A stretch of DNA of 64,000 bases from an uncultured Bacteroidota bacterium (GCA_946186925.1 CAMHPA010000001.1:17327-81326); one strand, 5' to 3'; positions 36,901-46,615 are shown, counted from the stretch's first letter. A program made the numbers and translations. The notes: a model not told the origin generated them from the letters alone.

Positions 36901-37150
36901 TTGGCCCGACGAGCACACTGGCGACGCCAACATCACCGAACTTATGCAGGACCACAAGATTGACCTGGTTGTCAACATCCCGAAGAACCACACTCACCGC
37001 GAGTTGACCAACGGCTACAAAATCCGCCGCTCGGCAATCGACCACAATATTCCATTGCTGACAAACGCCCGTCTGGCAAGCGCGTTCATCCACGCAAGTT
37101 GCGTTAAGGAAATGGGCGACATTCAGATTAAGAGCTGGCAGGAGTATTGA
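33935..37150 (+). CDS. carB: carbamoyl-phosphate synthase large subunit
   Basis: 1071 aa with duplicated ATP-grasp halves and a C-terminal MGS-like domain. It is conserved throughout. Confidence 0.97.
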   Translation: MKEVKKVLLLGSGALKIGQAGEFDYSGSQALKAMREEGISTVLINPNIATIQTSDGVADKVYFLPITPYFVEEVIKKERPDGILLAFGGQTALNCGTALYTSGVLEKYGVRVLGTSVEAIMITEDRDLFVKKLKEIDAKTPSSRAVESLEDALDEAHVLGYPVMVRSAYALGGLGSGISTNEKEFIDLCNNALAYSKQILVEESLKGWKEIEFEVIRDANDHCFTVVPMENVDPLGIHTGESIVIAPIITLSEEQINMLSEIAKKVVRHIGIVGECNIQFAFNAQTNDYRIIEINARLSRSSALASKASGYPLAFVAAKLALGYTLDQIGEMGTPNSAYVAPSVDYIIAKIPRWDLSKFVGVDREIGSSMKSVGEIMSIGKSFEEIMQKGLRMIGQGMHGFVGNNDLEFDDLDKELSHPTDMRIFAIAKALEKGYTPERIEELTKIDVWFIKKLKNIVDYTKVLGQYKKIEDLPADVLREAKRLGFSDFQIARFVENPSGTMEKEILRVRDHRKKNNILPAVRRINTVASEHPELTNYLYMTYGVQEHSISYAYKNDKSIIVLGSGAYRIGSSVEFDWCSVNAIQTARKLGYKSIMINYNPETVSTDYDMCDRLYFDELSFERVLDVIDLEIPKGVIVSVGGQIPNNLAMKLYRQNVPILGTSPVSIDRAENRNKFSAMLDQLGIDQPRWEALTSFEEIDKFVDEVGFPVLIRPSYVLSGAAMNVCYDKDQMRTFLNAAAKVSKEYPVVVSQFMQNTKEIEFDAVAKNGEIYEYAISEHIEFAGVHSGDATLVFPAQNIYLATARRIKQISKKIAKELNISGPFNIQYLAKNNEVKVIECNLRASRSFPFVSKVVKRNFIETATKIMLGEPVQKADSSDFDIDHIGVKASQFSFARLHRADPILSVDMSSTGEVGCLGTDFNDALLAALYSVGFHKPEKGVLVSSGDVRGKVDLLDSCKMLQEKGLKIYATAGTQKFLADNGVTAERVSWPDEHTGDANITELMQDHKIDLVVNIPKNHTHRELTNGYKIRRSAIDHNIPLLTNARLASAFIHASCVKEMGDIQIKSWQEY

Positions 37151-37181
37151 TAATTTTGAATTCAAACCGGAAATCAGATAT

Positions 37182-37216
37182 GCAGGGGAGCGATTAATCG
37201 CTCCCCTGCTGTTTTA
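37182..37216 (+). terminator. rho-independent terminator after carB
   Basis: A perfect 12-bp stem pairs gcaggggagcga (37182-37193) with tcgctcccctgc (37198-37209), with loop ttaa. The sequence tgtttta follows. Confidence 0.8.
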
Positions 37217-37309
37217 TAGCACGTTATGCTGATTCGCCAACAAAAATTTGCATTTTTCTCCACAATGTTGTAATATTGGTTTGTATTAATTCAATCAATA
37301 TACAACACA

Positions 37310-39403
37310 ATGAATGTCAATGGTTTTCTGGACAAGAACCCATTTGTCAGAATTATTCTGCCGTTTATACTGGGGATTATTCTTCATCGGTATGCAGACA
37401 TTCCGGCTTGGCTGAGCTGTATGGTGTTGTGCTCGTTTTTAGCGTTCGCCATTATCCTAAGCCGGGACAGTGAGTACAAAAAACGATGGATGTGCGGAGC
37501 AATGCTTTTTGTGTCCATATTGGCGCTTGGAAGTGCTTCTGCTACTCTTAGCGCGCCACGAAATATAGCGGCAGATACGGGCGGCCGCAAATGCGAATAC
37601 CGCGCATGCGTGACTAATACGCCAACGCAGGGAGAGAAAGCGTGCAAGGCCGACCTCCGTGTCGAGGCGGTCAATATTATGGGCCAGTGGCACGATTTTG
37701 ATGCCAGAATTGTGGCAACCATTATGAAAGACAGTGCGGCAGTACGTTTAAAGGCAGGCCAGACAATAGTGTTTTCGTCAAAGATTGATTCGCTTGATAT
37801 GCCCAAAAACCCTTTTGGGTTTGATTATTCGCAATATCTGCAGCTCAATGGCGTCCAAGGAAGCATTTTTCTAAATAATGGTGAGTGGAATCTGGCTGAT
37901 GACAATGTGCGCGGGCTCAAGCAGCACGCTCTTAACGTGCGGCAGTTGCTTGTGGGGCAGCTTGAAAAGGCCGGACTTGAGGGTAATGAGCTCGGACTGG
38001 CATCAACTCTTGTGCTGGGCTACAAAAACAACATCGACGCGGAAGTCAAGCAGGCTTATATGAATGCCGGAGCCATGCACGTGCTGGCAGTGTCGGGGTT
38101 GCATGTCGGTATTGTCTGCACAGTGCTCGAATTTCTGATGATGCTGTTGGGCGGGAATATAGCGTTCCGTTTCAAGCGGATAGTAATTGTAGTATTGCTT
38201 TGGGCGTATGCATTCATCACCGGTCTGTCACCATCGGTTTTGCGCGCCACGGTGATGTTCTCGTTTGTTGAAATCGGAAGGCTCATAAAACGCGAGATGT
38301 CAATCTATAACACACTTGCGGCTTCGGCGTTACTGTTGCTCACCATCAATCCCGATATGCTGTTCAAGGCCGGATTCCAGCTGTCGTATGCGGCCGTTTT
38401 GGGCATTGTGAGCTTACAGCCGCGCATTGTCAGTCTTGTGCGCGTCAGTCGCGGAAACAAGCCTTTACGTTGGTTGTGGGAGCTAACAGCAGTGTCAATA
38501 GCCGCACAGATTTCAACACTGCCGTTCTGTCTTTATTATTTCGAACGCACGCCGGTATATTTTTGGATGTCGAACGTCATAGTGTCGCCGGGTGCCGGAA
38601 TAATGATCGGTCTGACGTTGCTGCTGTTTGCGGCGTCGCCTTTCGAAGTGGTAGCAAAAGCAGTCGGCGTGGTGGTGACGTATGCTGCCAAAAGCATGAA
38701 TGGTGTTGTTAGGGCCATTGCCAATCTGCCATATTCAACCATCGAGAACACTTATATATCGATATTTCAGGCGTTTATGATTGGGGTTGTTGTGCTTGCC
38801 GCATTGATATGGCTTATGTCGCACAATGGCAACTGGCTGTTGTGTTCGCTGACAGCATTGCTGTTATTTCAGCTACCGTTCAGCATAAGTTCCATTCGCA
38901 ATAGCAGCATCCAGGCTCTGTGTGTTTATTACTCGCCGCGAAACTCACTGGCGCAGTTTGTCGACGGCAGCCAGTCCTATTGGGTGAAGAACGCCATCGG
39001 CGATAGCCAGCGGGCGGGTCAGATGGTAAAAGGCGGAAATATTTTCTGGAACACAAGATGGTCAGAGACCATTGACACTGATTCTACCGGGAACAACGGA
39101 TGCATGATCTCGCAAAACGGATTCTTCATGTTCGACAGCATTTGCGGCCTGATAGTCGACGGCAACACTCACCGTTTCAGAATGAAAAAACCGATGACGA
39201 TTGATTATCTGATTGTGTCGGGCAATCCGCAGATAAGAGCCAGGCAGATGCCGGAGACTCTGCGATTCAAAAACGTGATTATCGATGGTTCTGTTCCGCC
39301 CTGGACAGTTAATGAATGGGTACGCCGATACCCCAATAGTGCCATACATAACATAAGGAAGCAAGGTGCTTACATTCACCGTTTCGTATCGGTGCGTAAA
39401 TAG
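37310..39403 (+). CDS. comEC: ComEC/Rec2-family DNA internalisation channel protein
   Basis: 697 aa and polytopic. It has the conserved NAGAMHVLAVSGLHVGIV and GLSPSVLRATVMF motifs of the competence domain and an N-terminal DUF4131-like region. Confidence 0.85.
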   Translation: MNVNGFLDKNPFVRIILPFILGIILHRYADIPAWLSCMVLCSFLAFAIILSRDSEYKKRWMCGAMLFVSILALGSASATLSAPRNIAADTGGRKCEYRACVTNTPTQGEKACKADLRVEAVNIMGQWHDFDARIVATIMKDSAAVRLKAGQTIVFSSKIDSLDMPKNPFGFDYSQYLQLNGVQGSIFLNNGEWNLADDNVRGLKQHALNVRQLLVGQLEKAGLEGNELGLASTLVLGYKNNIDAEVKQAYMNAGAMHVLAVSGLHVGIVCTVLEFLMMLLGGNIAFRFKRIVIVVLLWAYAFITGLSPSVLRATVMFSFVEIGRLIKREMSIYNTLAASALLLLTINPDMLFKAGFQLSYAAVLGIVSLQPRIVSLVRVSRGNKPLRWLWELTAVSIAAQISTLPFCLYYFERTPVYFWMSNVIVSPGAGIMIGLTLLLFAASPFEVVAKAVGVVVTYAAKSMNGVVRAIANLPYSTIENTYISIFQAFMIGVVVLAALIWLMSHNGNWLLCSLTALLLFQLPFSISSIRNSSIQALCVYYSPRNSLAQFVDGSQSYWVKNAIGDSQRAGQMVKGGNIFWNTRWSETIDTDSTGNNGCMISQNGFFMFDSICGLIVDGNTHRFRMKKPMTIDYLIVSGNPQIRARQMPETLRFKNVIIDGSVPPWTVNEWVRRYPNSAIHNIRKQGAYIHRFVSVRK

Positions 39404-39693
39404 AGGGGTGTAGGAGGCAATCAGACGGTCAGGCTGTGGTGGTTCTTTTAGCCGCTAACAGATTTATGAGTCCGTGACGCATTTTGCGGGAGATAACAGA
39501 AAATCTTGAATAGGCGTTGCACACTAAGTCGAAAATCGCCAGAAAAATCAATGCAAAACGTACAATCATAACTCAAAAATCTTTACACAGGCAAATGTAC
39601 GTAAGCAGGGACGATAGGTTGGTTTTATTTGACAAAACGGCGTTATTGGTTGGTGAATTGAGTGTTGGAATAAAAGAGAGACAGGCGCGCCGG

Positions 39694-39733
39694 AAAAATG
39701 AAAACAGGCACCATCTTACCGATAATGCCTGTT
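39694..39733 (-). terminator. rho-independent terminator after the PP2C sensor gene
   Basis: On the minus strand: AACAGGCA (39733-39726), a 15-nt loop, TGCCTGTT (39710-39703), then ttttcattttt. Confidence 0.55.
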
Positions 39734-39757
39734 ATAAAAACGTTAATGCAAACACTG

Positions 39758-42700
39758 TTAAATTCTTACACCCATCAGAACCACGTCGTCAGTCTGGTGG
39801 TCGGCCGGACCACGCCAGTCTTCGTAGATTTTGTTCAAGATCTCTTTTTGTTCCGGCATTGGTTTCTGGTGAATTTCGAGCAGCACTTCACGCAGGTGCT
39901 TGCTCATAAATTTCTTGCCACTCTCAAAACCGAATTGGTCTTGGAAACCATCGGAGAAGGTGTAGAGGCAGTCGCCCTTCTTAAGCTCCATATCCACGCG
40001 CTCAAACGGGTCGAGTTTGGCGTAGATACCTACTGGCATCTTGCTGGCCTTTATAACCTGAACCTCGCCGTCGCGGATGAGTACCAATGGGTTATTGGCT
40101 CCAGCGAACGATAGAGTCATCTCTTTCTCGTTGATAACATACATGGCCACATCCATACCGTCCTGGCTGCGGTCTTTTTTCTCGGTTGCCATGGCAAAAG
40201 CAGCCCGGCGGTCGGCTTTCTCGTCACCGGTTGGTTGTATGGAGTCGTCTTTCTGCCTCAGGCTGGTTATGATGGCGTTGCGCAGCTTGTTCAGAATCTC
40301 GTCGGGGCGGAGTTCCTGGCCGACAATATAGTTAAGGTTTGTCATACCAAGCATGCTCATAAAGCCGCCCGGCACGCCATGGCCTGTGCAGTCGGCCACA
40401 ATGCTCACCTTGTTGTCGCCAAACTGGCCGAACCAGTAGTAGTCGCCGCTCACCACATTACGCGGTTTGTAGAGCAGGAAGTGGTCGGGGAAAATCTTGT
40501 CGATGGTTTCGTCGGGAGTAAGCAGGGCGCGCTGGATTCGGCGTGCGTAGTTGATACTCGACTGAATCTCATCTTTCTGTTTTTCAATCTCGTCTTTCTG
40601 TTGCTCAAGCTGGACATTCTGTCCGCGAATTTCTTCGGTTGCGTCGGCAATCTTCTTCTCCAGTTTTTTCTTCTCCTCAATGAGTCGGTGGGTGTTCCAT
40701 TTCACAATACCATAAACAAAGGCTATAAGAAGAATCAGATAAACGAGATAGGCCACGATTGTCCGGTAGAACGGAGGCTTGATGGTAAATGCGAATTCTG
40801 CCACAGAACTCTCAACACCGTATATATTGCGGGCCTTCACCTTGAAGACGTATTTTCCCTCACCGAGGTGTATACGGTTGTATTCTGTGCTTTTCCTCCA
40901 TTTCGACCAGTTTTCGTCTTCACCCACAAGCATGGTGGAATACTCGGTATCTTTTTCTCCGTCATAGAAATTGGAGCTGAAGAAGAATGTCAGCGAGTTG
41001 TTTGAATATGGCAATTCAATGATGTTGTTTTTGGGTTGCATCAATGCGACGCCAAAGCCGTTTTCCGCCTTAAACGCTCCATTAAACAATGGTACCGTAT
41101 CGTTTGCCATCACTTGCCTGATCATTGCATCGAAGGGAGCGTTGTAATATGCGTTGGCTGAATCGACATTTTCTGGTGAGTAGCATACAAGAGACTCATC
41201 AAGAGAAAACCACAAATGGTCTTCATCATCAACGTATGTATAGTAAATACTGCCGTTTTGCATTGACTCCAGCTTTTTGAAAGCATTGTCATTTACAATA
41301 GTATATTTACCATCGGCGTTTTTTTTGTAAAGGTTTAGCCAAAAGCTGTCATCAAGGTAGCACGATGCGACGTACATGTCGCGGTATGGTTTGATGTCTA
41401 TTGTTCCGAAAGTGGTGTCAGTGCTAAACTCACCAAAGATATCGCTGAGTTCAAATACCGACTCATTTTCATCGAACTCATAAATGCCCGCCATGGTTAG
41501 GAAAAGCAACCGGTTGTCGATATTTTTGACCGTTGTCATTGAAATGGATGGGATGCCGTTCTCCTCATCATAAACGTTGAACGATTTTCCATCGGGCGAC
41601 AATTTGAAGATGCTCTTGGTTGTTACACACCAAATGTTGCCGCTTTGATCTTCGTTTATCGAAAACACTTCAGCTCCCAGCATGGCTTCATACACTTGGT
41701 TCCAATGTTTGCTGCCATATTTGCGGTATTCATAGCATAGTAGCGACTCTTTGGTTCCAATATAAAGAAACTCAGGGTGGAGGCGCGACTGGAACAAAAC
41801 TTTGGAGCCAATATGAACCACCTCACCATTATCTTCAGTCTTCTTTCCCGTTTCTTCCGTCTTCTTTGTCGCTTCTTCAGCCTTCTTCACATCTATAGTG
41901 TTGTTGGCTGTTCCGGCAAGCAATATTTTTTTGTGGCTGTTTGGAACATTGAATACAAGCAGATCGTATGTCGCAAAGCGGTTCAATGATGTAAAATAGG
42001 GGAATCCGTCGTTGTCAAATTCTTCGCGGAAAGTATAGCCTGCCGCCACATACATATCGCCATCATATTGAATAATCTTATTGATGCATCCGCTTAATCC
42101 CGACTCGTTGCTAAAATGATGAAACACATTGTCTGTTTCGACTTTTGCTATGCAATTCTCCATTCCAACCCACAGCAAGTGACCGTTTTTGTGACAAGAG
42201 AAAGCAAAGTTTGAACCAAGTCCGTTTTTTTTGCTTAAACCGTTCAACGGATTCATGTTTTTGTCATATATGCCGATGCTGAATTCTTCGCCCATCACTG
42301 TCGGCATAATTATTTTTTCACCATCTTCAACCAGGCCGTAGGGCATATGTTTTAGGATGATGGTGCCTAATACTTTATTGTGGTTGACGAGGTCTCTTGT
42401 CAAATGTTTTCCGTCAAGTGCAGTCTCATATATATGTTCGCCGGTGGCAATCAGATAAGTGCCATTGTTGTATGGGATCATACCATAAGCGCCCCCATAT
42501 AGAGACAGAAGGTCAGTTTGGTGCAATTGGTCGTCATAATACAGCAACGTATACTCGGTTGTATCACTGCGGCTGACCAGCAATGTGTCGCCATTGGCTT
42601 TGTATGCGAAAAAACTTTTTTCGGGTAAATCAACAACTTTAACAAGGCTGTCCCTTTCTGTTATAAAAACATTACTCTCAGAGCAGTAGTAGGTCCGTTC

Positions 42701-43120
42701 TCCGATGCTGTATGTTTTGTAAATAGGGGAGGCAACGCTTACCGAGTCAGGCAATTGTGATGCCAGTGATATATATTGCAATTGGCCGGTTTCATCAGGA
42801 TAAAGATATCCGAAATCATCCTCCCAACCCACATGCACAACATTGTCAGCGTCTACTGACAGTGATGTTGAGTATTGAATGAGATCGTTACCGCGATATA
42901 GTGGCAACTTGTTTATCTTCAATCCATCGTATTCAAAAACGCCCTCATCGATGGCAAAATACAAAATGCCTCGTTGGTCTTGAGCGATATCGAGAGTTTG
43001 CGTTGCGCTGGGCTTATAGTTGGTGATAAACGGCAAACCATATTTGTTGACTTTTCCGGTTTGCGCGAGCCCCACTGAACAAATCACGGCAGATGCAAGT
43101 AGTAATGCTAATCTTCTCAT
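39758..43120 (-). CDS. periplasmic beta-propeller/Y_Y_Y sensor fused to a PP2C (SpoIIE-type) serine phosphatase
   Basis: 1120 aa. It has a signal peptide and a ~750-aa extracytoplasmic region with two-component-regulator-propeller-like repeats. A Y_Y_Y-like Ig domain follows (GEGKYVFKVKARNIYGVESSVAEFAFTIKPPFY), then one TM segment (IVAYLVYLILLIAFVYGIV) and a coiled coil (QQKDEIEKQKDEIQ). The C-terminal domain is PP2C/SpoIIE (SGDYYWF, ADCTGHGVPGGFMSMLG, DGMDVAM, TFSDGFQDQ, DDVVLMGVRI). Confidence 0.8.
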   Translation of the reverse strand: MRRLALLLASAVICSVGLAQTGKVNKYGLPFITNYKPSATQTLDIAQDQRGILYFAIDEGVFEYDGLKINKLPLYRGNDLIQYSTSLSVDADNVVHVGWEDDFGYLYPDETGQLQYISLASQLPDSVSVASPIYKTYSIGERTYYCSESNVFITERDSLVKVVDLPEKSFFAYKANGDTLLVSRSDTTEYTLLYYDDQLHQTDLLSLYGGAYGMIPYNNGTYLIATGEHIYETALDGKHLTRDLVNHNKVLGTIILKHMPYGLVEDGEKIIMPTVMGEEFSIGIYDKNMNPLNGLSKKNGLGSNFAFSCHKNGHLLWVGMENCIAKVETDNVFHHFSNESGLSGCINKIIQYDGDMYVAAGYTFREEFDNDGFPYFTSLNRFATYDLLVFNVPNSHKKILLAGTANNTIDVKKAEEATKKTEETGKKTEDNGEVVHIGSKVLFQSRLHPEFLYIGTKESLLCYEYRKYGSKHWNQVYEAMLGAEVFSINEDQSGNIWCVTTKSIFKLSPDGKSFNVYDEENGIPSISMTTVKNIDNRLLFLTMAGIYEFDENESVFELSDIFGEFSTDTTFGTIDIKPYRDMYVASCYLDDSFWLNLYKKNADGKYTIVNDNAFKKLESMQNGSIYYTYVDDEDHLWFSLDESLVCYSPENVDSANAYYNAPFDAMIRQVMANDTVPLFNGAFKAENGFGVALMQPKNNIIELPYSNNSLTFFFSSNFYDGEKDTEYSTMLVGEDENWSKWRKSTEYNRIHLGEGKYVFKVKARNIYGVESSVAEFAFTIKPPFYRTIVAYLVYLILLIAFVYGIVKWNTHRLIEEKKKLEKKIADATEEIRGQNVQLEQQKDEIEKQKDEIQSSINYARRIQRALLTPDETIDKIFPDHFLLYKPRNVVSGDYYWFGQFGDNKVSIVADCTGHGVPGGFMSMLGMTNLNYIVGQELRPDEILNKLRNAIITSLRQKDDSIQPTGDEKADRRAAFAMATEKKDRSQDGMDVAMYVINEKEMTLSFAGANNPLVLIRDGEVQVIKASKMPVGIYAKLDPFERVDMELKKGDCLYTFSDGFQDQFGFESGKKFMSKHLREVLLEIHQKPMPEQKEILNKIYEDWRGPADHQTDDVVLMGVRI

Positions 43121-43563
43121 TTAAAACAAACATATATTTGGTTCAACAAGTTATGTGTCGGGTTATGGTTGACAGAAAGATAAAACGGCAAACAGCTTGT
43201 TGACACACAACAAGATACGCAACCATGAGCAGCCATTTTTAAACAATCAACCATCTCTATTAAAATACACAACACGGCAAGTCAGTATACAATTGCCTTA
43301 ATTTCGTTTAAATATGCAAATTTAATAGTTTGGAGCAAAGTTGTACTATAAAAAACATTACTGATAGACTATTTTGTCAACTTATGAGTGTTAGAAAAAC
43401 AAGCTTGTGACTTATTATGAGGATGTCAAGCAGCAGGGTTAATGTGAGGACTATCAACAGTCGCCAGCAATCGGTCGTCAGTAAAAACATACCGATTCCA
43501 CGAAAAAAAATACATGAAACACCGAAATTTGCAATTCGCACTTAAAAGTTTGCGCGCTCGTTG

Positions 43564-43571
43564 TATATTTG
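43564..43571 (+). promoter_or_regulatory. -7 promoter box upstream of the NrtR-like gene
   Basis: tatatttg lies 18 nt upstream of ATG 43590. Confidence 0.4.
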
Positions 43572-43589
43572 TAGGGTTAACAAATAACG

Positions 43590-44273
43590 ATGACTCAAGC
43601 AAACTACAACGATTATCCGAAGATTCACGTCGCAGTCGACTGCGTTATTTTCACTTATGATGACGAACAACTTAAGGTGTTGCTATATCCGCGCAATATT
43701 GAGCCATGCAAAGGCGACTGGTCGCTTATGGGTGGTTTTGTCGGTGACCGTGAATCACTCGAGGACGCTGCCCGGCGCGTGCTGCGCCAGACGGTCGGGC
43801 TGAACGACATTTTCATGGAGCAGGTGCATGGTTTTTCGAATCCGAACCGTGAGCCTAACGACAGGGTGATAAGCATGGCTTTTTACGCGCTTATTTGCAA
43901 TGACAAGCACAGTCGCGAACTAGTGGAGGAACACAAAGGTGAGTGGTATCCAATAACCCAACTTCCACCATTGATTTTCGACCATAATGAAATGATATCG
44001 TGTGCGCTACAGCGTCTGCAGTACAAAGCCAGCTGTGAACTGGTAGGACGTGACCTGCTGCCCGAGAAATTCACGCTGACACAGCTCAACAACTTGTACA
44101 ACGCCATTTTCCAGCGGACATTCGACCAGGGCAATTTCCGCAAGAAGATCGCCTCGCTGAAAGTGCTGATTCAGACACCGGACAAAGACACCTCAACATC
44201 GAAAAAAGGGGCTTTTCTGTATGTCTTCCCGCATAATTATGTGGCCACCGAAAGCCGCATAGTTAAGATTTGA
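43590..44273 (+). CDS. Nudix-domain transcriptional regulator (NrtR family-like)
   Basis: 227 aa with an N-terminal Nudix fold (WSLMGGFVGDRESLEDAARRVLRQTVGL) and a C-terminal winged-helix-like region (FTLTQLNNLYNAIFQRTFDQGNFRKKI). Confidence 0.75.
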   Translation: MTQANYNDYPKIHVAVDCVIFTYDDEQLKVLLYPRNIEPCKGDWSLMGGFVGDRESLEDAARRVLRQTVGLNDIFMEQVHGFSNPNREPNDRVISMAFYALICNDKHSRELVEEHKGEWYPITQLPPLIFDHNEMISCALQRLQYKASCELVGRDLLPEKFTLTQLNNLYNAIFQRTFDQGNFRKKIASLKVLIQTPDKDTSTSKKGAFLYVFPHNYVATESRIVKI

Positions 44274-44317
44274 AACTGGTTGACAGGTAACCATAGGTGT
44301 TGTCAGGCGCCGGATAG

Positions 44318-45166
44318 CTATTTTCCAATTGATCGGAAATCGGGCAGGTGGTTTTTGTTCTCGCGAAGTTTAAAAATCAAGCTGGCAGTTATAAACTGAT
44401 ACTGATCGATCCATTTGCCAAACACCCAAGGCTTGGTGGGCGTTGTTGCAACTTTGCCGTCGCAGTTGTCGATTTTATCACTTAAAGCTATTCGGGCGCC
44501 GGCCTCCAGTCCTATGCTGATTCCGCTGTTGATGCGCAGCCTGGTTCCAATGCCGCCAATAAGCACGGGGGCGATGGTTGAGAATTTCTCGCTCTGTCGG
44601 CCTTCTTTGTTATCCCATGAAAACTTGCCGGTTTCGAACAGTCCGCCTGCGGCAACAAACAGGTATGACGGCATCAGTGTGGGGCGTTTCATCGTGGGCC
44701 GCCCTTTGTTATAGGAGAAACCTCCACTTTTCTCTTTGATGAAAAACCACTCGTAGCGCAGCGACAGTTCGACAAAAAACGCATCGAACCCAATGCCGTT
44801 CCGGTAATAGTATTTGCTGATGTTTTTCTCGACTTCCTCGGCTTTCAGTTTTCCGAAAAAGAACGATCCGCCTATGGTTTGAGAGCCAATTGTGGAGTAT
44901 CCGCATTCGTCGCGGTGGCCAAGGTTGTATTTGAAGCCGACAATACCCACCGGCCCGATGGTTTGAGGCAGAACCCAAGCCATTTTTGAGGAGCTCCGAG
45001 GAGAGCAGATGTCGCCCATGAAGTTGCTCAAGCCACCACCTAATTGAATTTCATACCGCTGAATGCGCCGGTTTTCGGCCTGAGCGTTTCCGAGCATGGC
45101 CAGCAGCAGCATTGCCGTCAATGCCGATGTTTCTAAAAAGCCGGTATGAGAACTTTTCAGCATCAT
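44318..45166 (-). CDS. putative outer-membrane beta-barrel protein
   Basis: Start set at the MMLKSS...AMLGNAQA signal peptide (45166). The sequence is rich in Gly and aromatic residues with alternating hydrophobicity. The family was not identified. Confidence 0.45.
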   Translation of the reverse strand: MMLKSSHTGFLETSALTAMLLLAMLGNAQAENRRIQRYEIQLGGGLSNFMGDICSPRSSSKMAWVLPQTIGPVGIVGFKYNLGHRDECGYSTIGSQTIGGSFFFGKLKAEEVEKNISKYYYRNGIGFDAFFVELSLRYEWFFIKEKSGGFSYNKGRPTMKRPTLMPSYLFVAAGGLFETGKFSWDNKEGRQSEKFSTIAPVLIGGIGTRLRINSGISIGLEAGARIALSDKIDNCDGKVATTPTKPWVFGKWIDQYQFITASLIFKLRENKNHLPDFRSIGK

Positions 45167-45384
45167 CGTCTTGTTTTTTTCGCCCATTGAGCGTTGATAT
45201 GGTCCCCCATACGCCAATGGTAGAAATGTTTATGCAATTTACTGATAATTTGCTAACGGCGATGCCCATTATTGTCACGTCCGTCACTTTTTTACTGATT
45301 TTCACGGATTTTGTGATTTTTCAAATAGTCAGTTGCTTGTCAGAGTTCAGCAACATTCTTCTTGTTACTTGCTTTTCAAAATGC

Positions 45385-45392
45385 TACCTTTG
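45385..45392 (+). promoter_or_regulatory. -7 promoter box upstream of the glycosyltransferase gene
   Basis: tacctttg lies 19 nt upstream of ATG 45412. This supports the shorter start. Confidence 0.45.
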
Positions 45393-45411
45393 TGCCCTCA
45401 AACAGAGACAG

Positions 45412-46539
45412 ATGGTTATTGCAGTTAACACGCAGACGTTGCTGAAAAATAAGCTCGAAGGGCTGGGCAGTTTCACAGACGAAGTGTTGTCGAGAATGGT
45501 TCGCAACCACCCCGAGCACCAGTTCATCTTTATTTTTGACCGCGAGTGGGATCCGTCGTTTGTCTATGCCAACAATGTGCTGCCGGTGAAGACGATGCTG
45601 CCATCGCGTCATCCGCTTCTATGGTACGCCCGGTTCGAGTATGCAATTCCGGCCATAATCAAGAAACACCATGCCGATCTGTTCTTGTCAACAGATGGTT
45701 ATATGCCGATGCATCCTGATGTCAAGACTTACAATATAATCCACGACATCGGTTTTGTGCATCAACCTAAAAATCAACCATTTCTAACAAGCAAGTACTA
45801 TAACAGGTTTTTCCCGCGTTTTGCCCGTAATGCCCACCGTTTAGGCACCGTATCGGAATATTCAAAGGCCGATATTGTGAAAACATGGGGAATAAACCCT
45901 GATAAAATCGATGTCATCTACAATGGTGTGAAAACCGTGTTCGGGCCATTGGAGGAAAAAGACCGGCAGGCTGTTCGCGAAAAGGTTACGGGCGGATGCC
46001 AGTATTTTGTATACGTAGGGTCGTTAAATCCTCGCAAGAATATTGAAGGCATGCTTCGTGCTTTCGATGTCTTTAAAGAGAAGACGGGGCTGCCGCAGAA
46101 AATGGTTATTGTTGGAGAATGCATGTGGTCCATGTCAACCATAGATCTTGAACTCGAGCATATGCGCCACGCTGATGATGTGATTTTCATGGGGCGTCTT
46201 CAGCCGGCTGATCTTCAACAAGTGGTGGCAAGTGCGCAGGCGTTAGTGTTAGTTTCGTTTATCGAGGGTTTTGGCGTGCCGATTGTCGAGGCAATGAATT
46301 GCGATGTGCCGGTTGTCACATCAGACCGCACCTCGATGCCGGAAGTGGCTGGCGACGCAGGTTTGCTTGTCGATCCGTTTTCAATCGATGCCATTGCAAG
46401 AGCCATGGAGAGCATGGCCACTGATGCCAATCTTCGGGCACAACTTATAGAGAATGCTAAAACGCAGCGGATGAAATTTTCATGGGAAAAATCGGCTGTT
46501 GATCTTTGGAATGGCATAACAAGGGTTATGAGCGATTGA
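45412..46539 (+). CDS. glycosyltransferase, GT4 (group 1) family
   Basis: 375 aa from ATG 45412 (MVIAVNTQTL...). It has the EX7E region FIEGFGVPIVEAMNCDVPVVTSD. The track ORF starts 300 nt earlier but overlaps the divergent gene. Confidence 0.85.
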   Translation: MVIAVNTQTLLKNKLEGLGSFTDEVLSRMVRNHPEHQFIFIFDREWDPSFVYANNVLPVKTMLPSRHPLLWYARFEYAIPAIIKKHHADLFLSTDGYMPMHPDVKTYNIIHDIGFVHQPKNQPFLTSKYYNRFFPRFARNAHRLGTVSEYSKADIVKTWGINPDKIDVIYNGVKTVFGPLEEKDRQAVREKVTGGCQYFVYVGSLNPRKNIEGMLRAFDVFKEKTGLPQKMVIVGECMWSMSTIDLELEHMRHADDVIFMGRLQPADLQQVVASAQALVLVSFIEGFGVPIVEAMNCDVPVVTSDRTSMPEVAGDAGLLVDPFSIDAIARAMESMATDANLRAQLIENAKTQRMKFSWEKSAVDLWNGITRVMSD

Positions 46540-46567
46540 CAGCTTTTTGCAATGAATGTGTATCTAT

Positions 46568-46597
46568 AAAAAAAGGCGGCCTTGCGGTCGCCTTTTG
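46568..46597. terminator. bidirectional terminator between the glycosyltransferase and ferredoxin genes
   Basis: The stem aggcggc (46574-46580) pairs with gtcgcct (46587-46593). An A7 run lies upstream and tttt downstream. The flanking genes are convergent. Confidence 0.55.
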
Positions 46598-46615
46598 TGT
46601 CTATTCCAAAACTGA

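Noticed and set aside
39517-40114. ORFs 39517-39909 and 39698-40114 in or near the convergent comEC / PP2C-sensor junction.
   Set aside because: The second is antisense to the conserved PP2C domain. The first spans the terminator hairpin and has a low-complexity, Arg-rich translation with no start context.
45112-45411. Long N-terminal extensions suggested by the ORF track: the GT gene from 45112, YrdC-like from 52003, the peptidase from 52704, the SBP from 12164, rnr from 18082, the rluA-like gene to 14242 and cdsA to 48444.
   Set aside because: The extensions overlap neighbouring genes or terminator hairpins and lack homology-like sequence. Internal ATG codons give canonical N-termini or signal peptides, often with a TAnnTTTG box just upstream.
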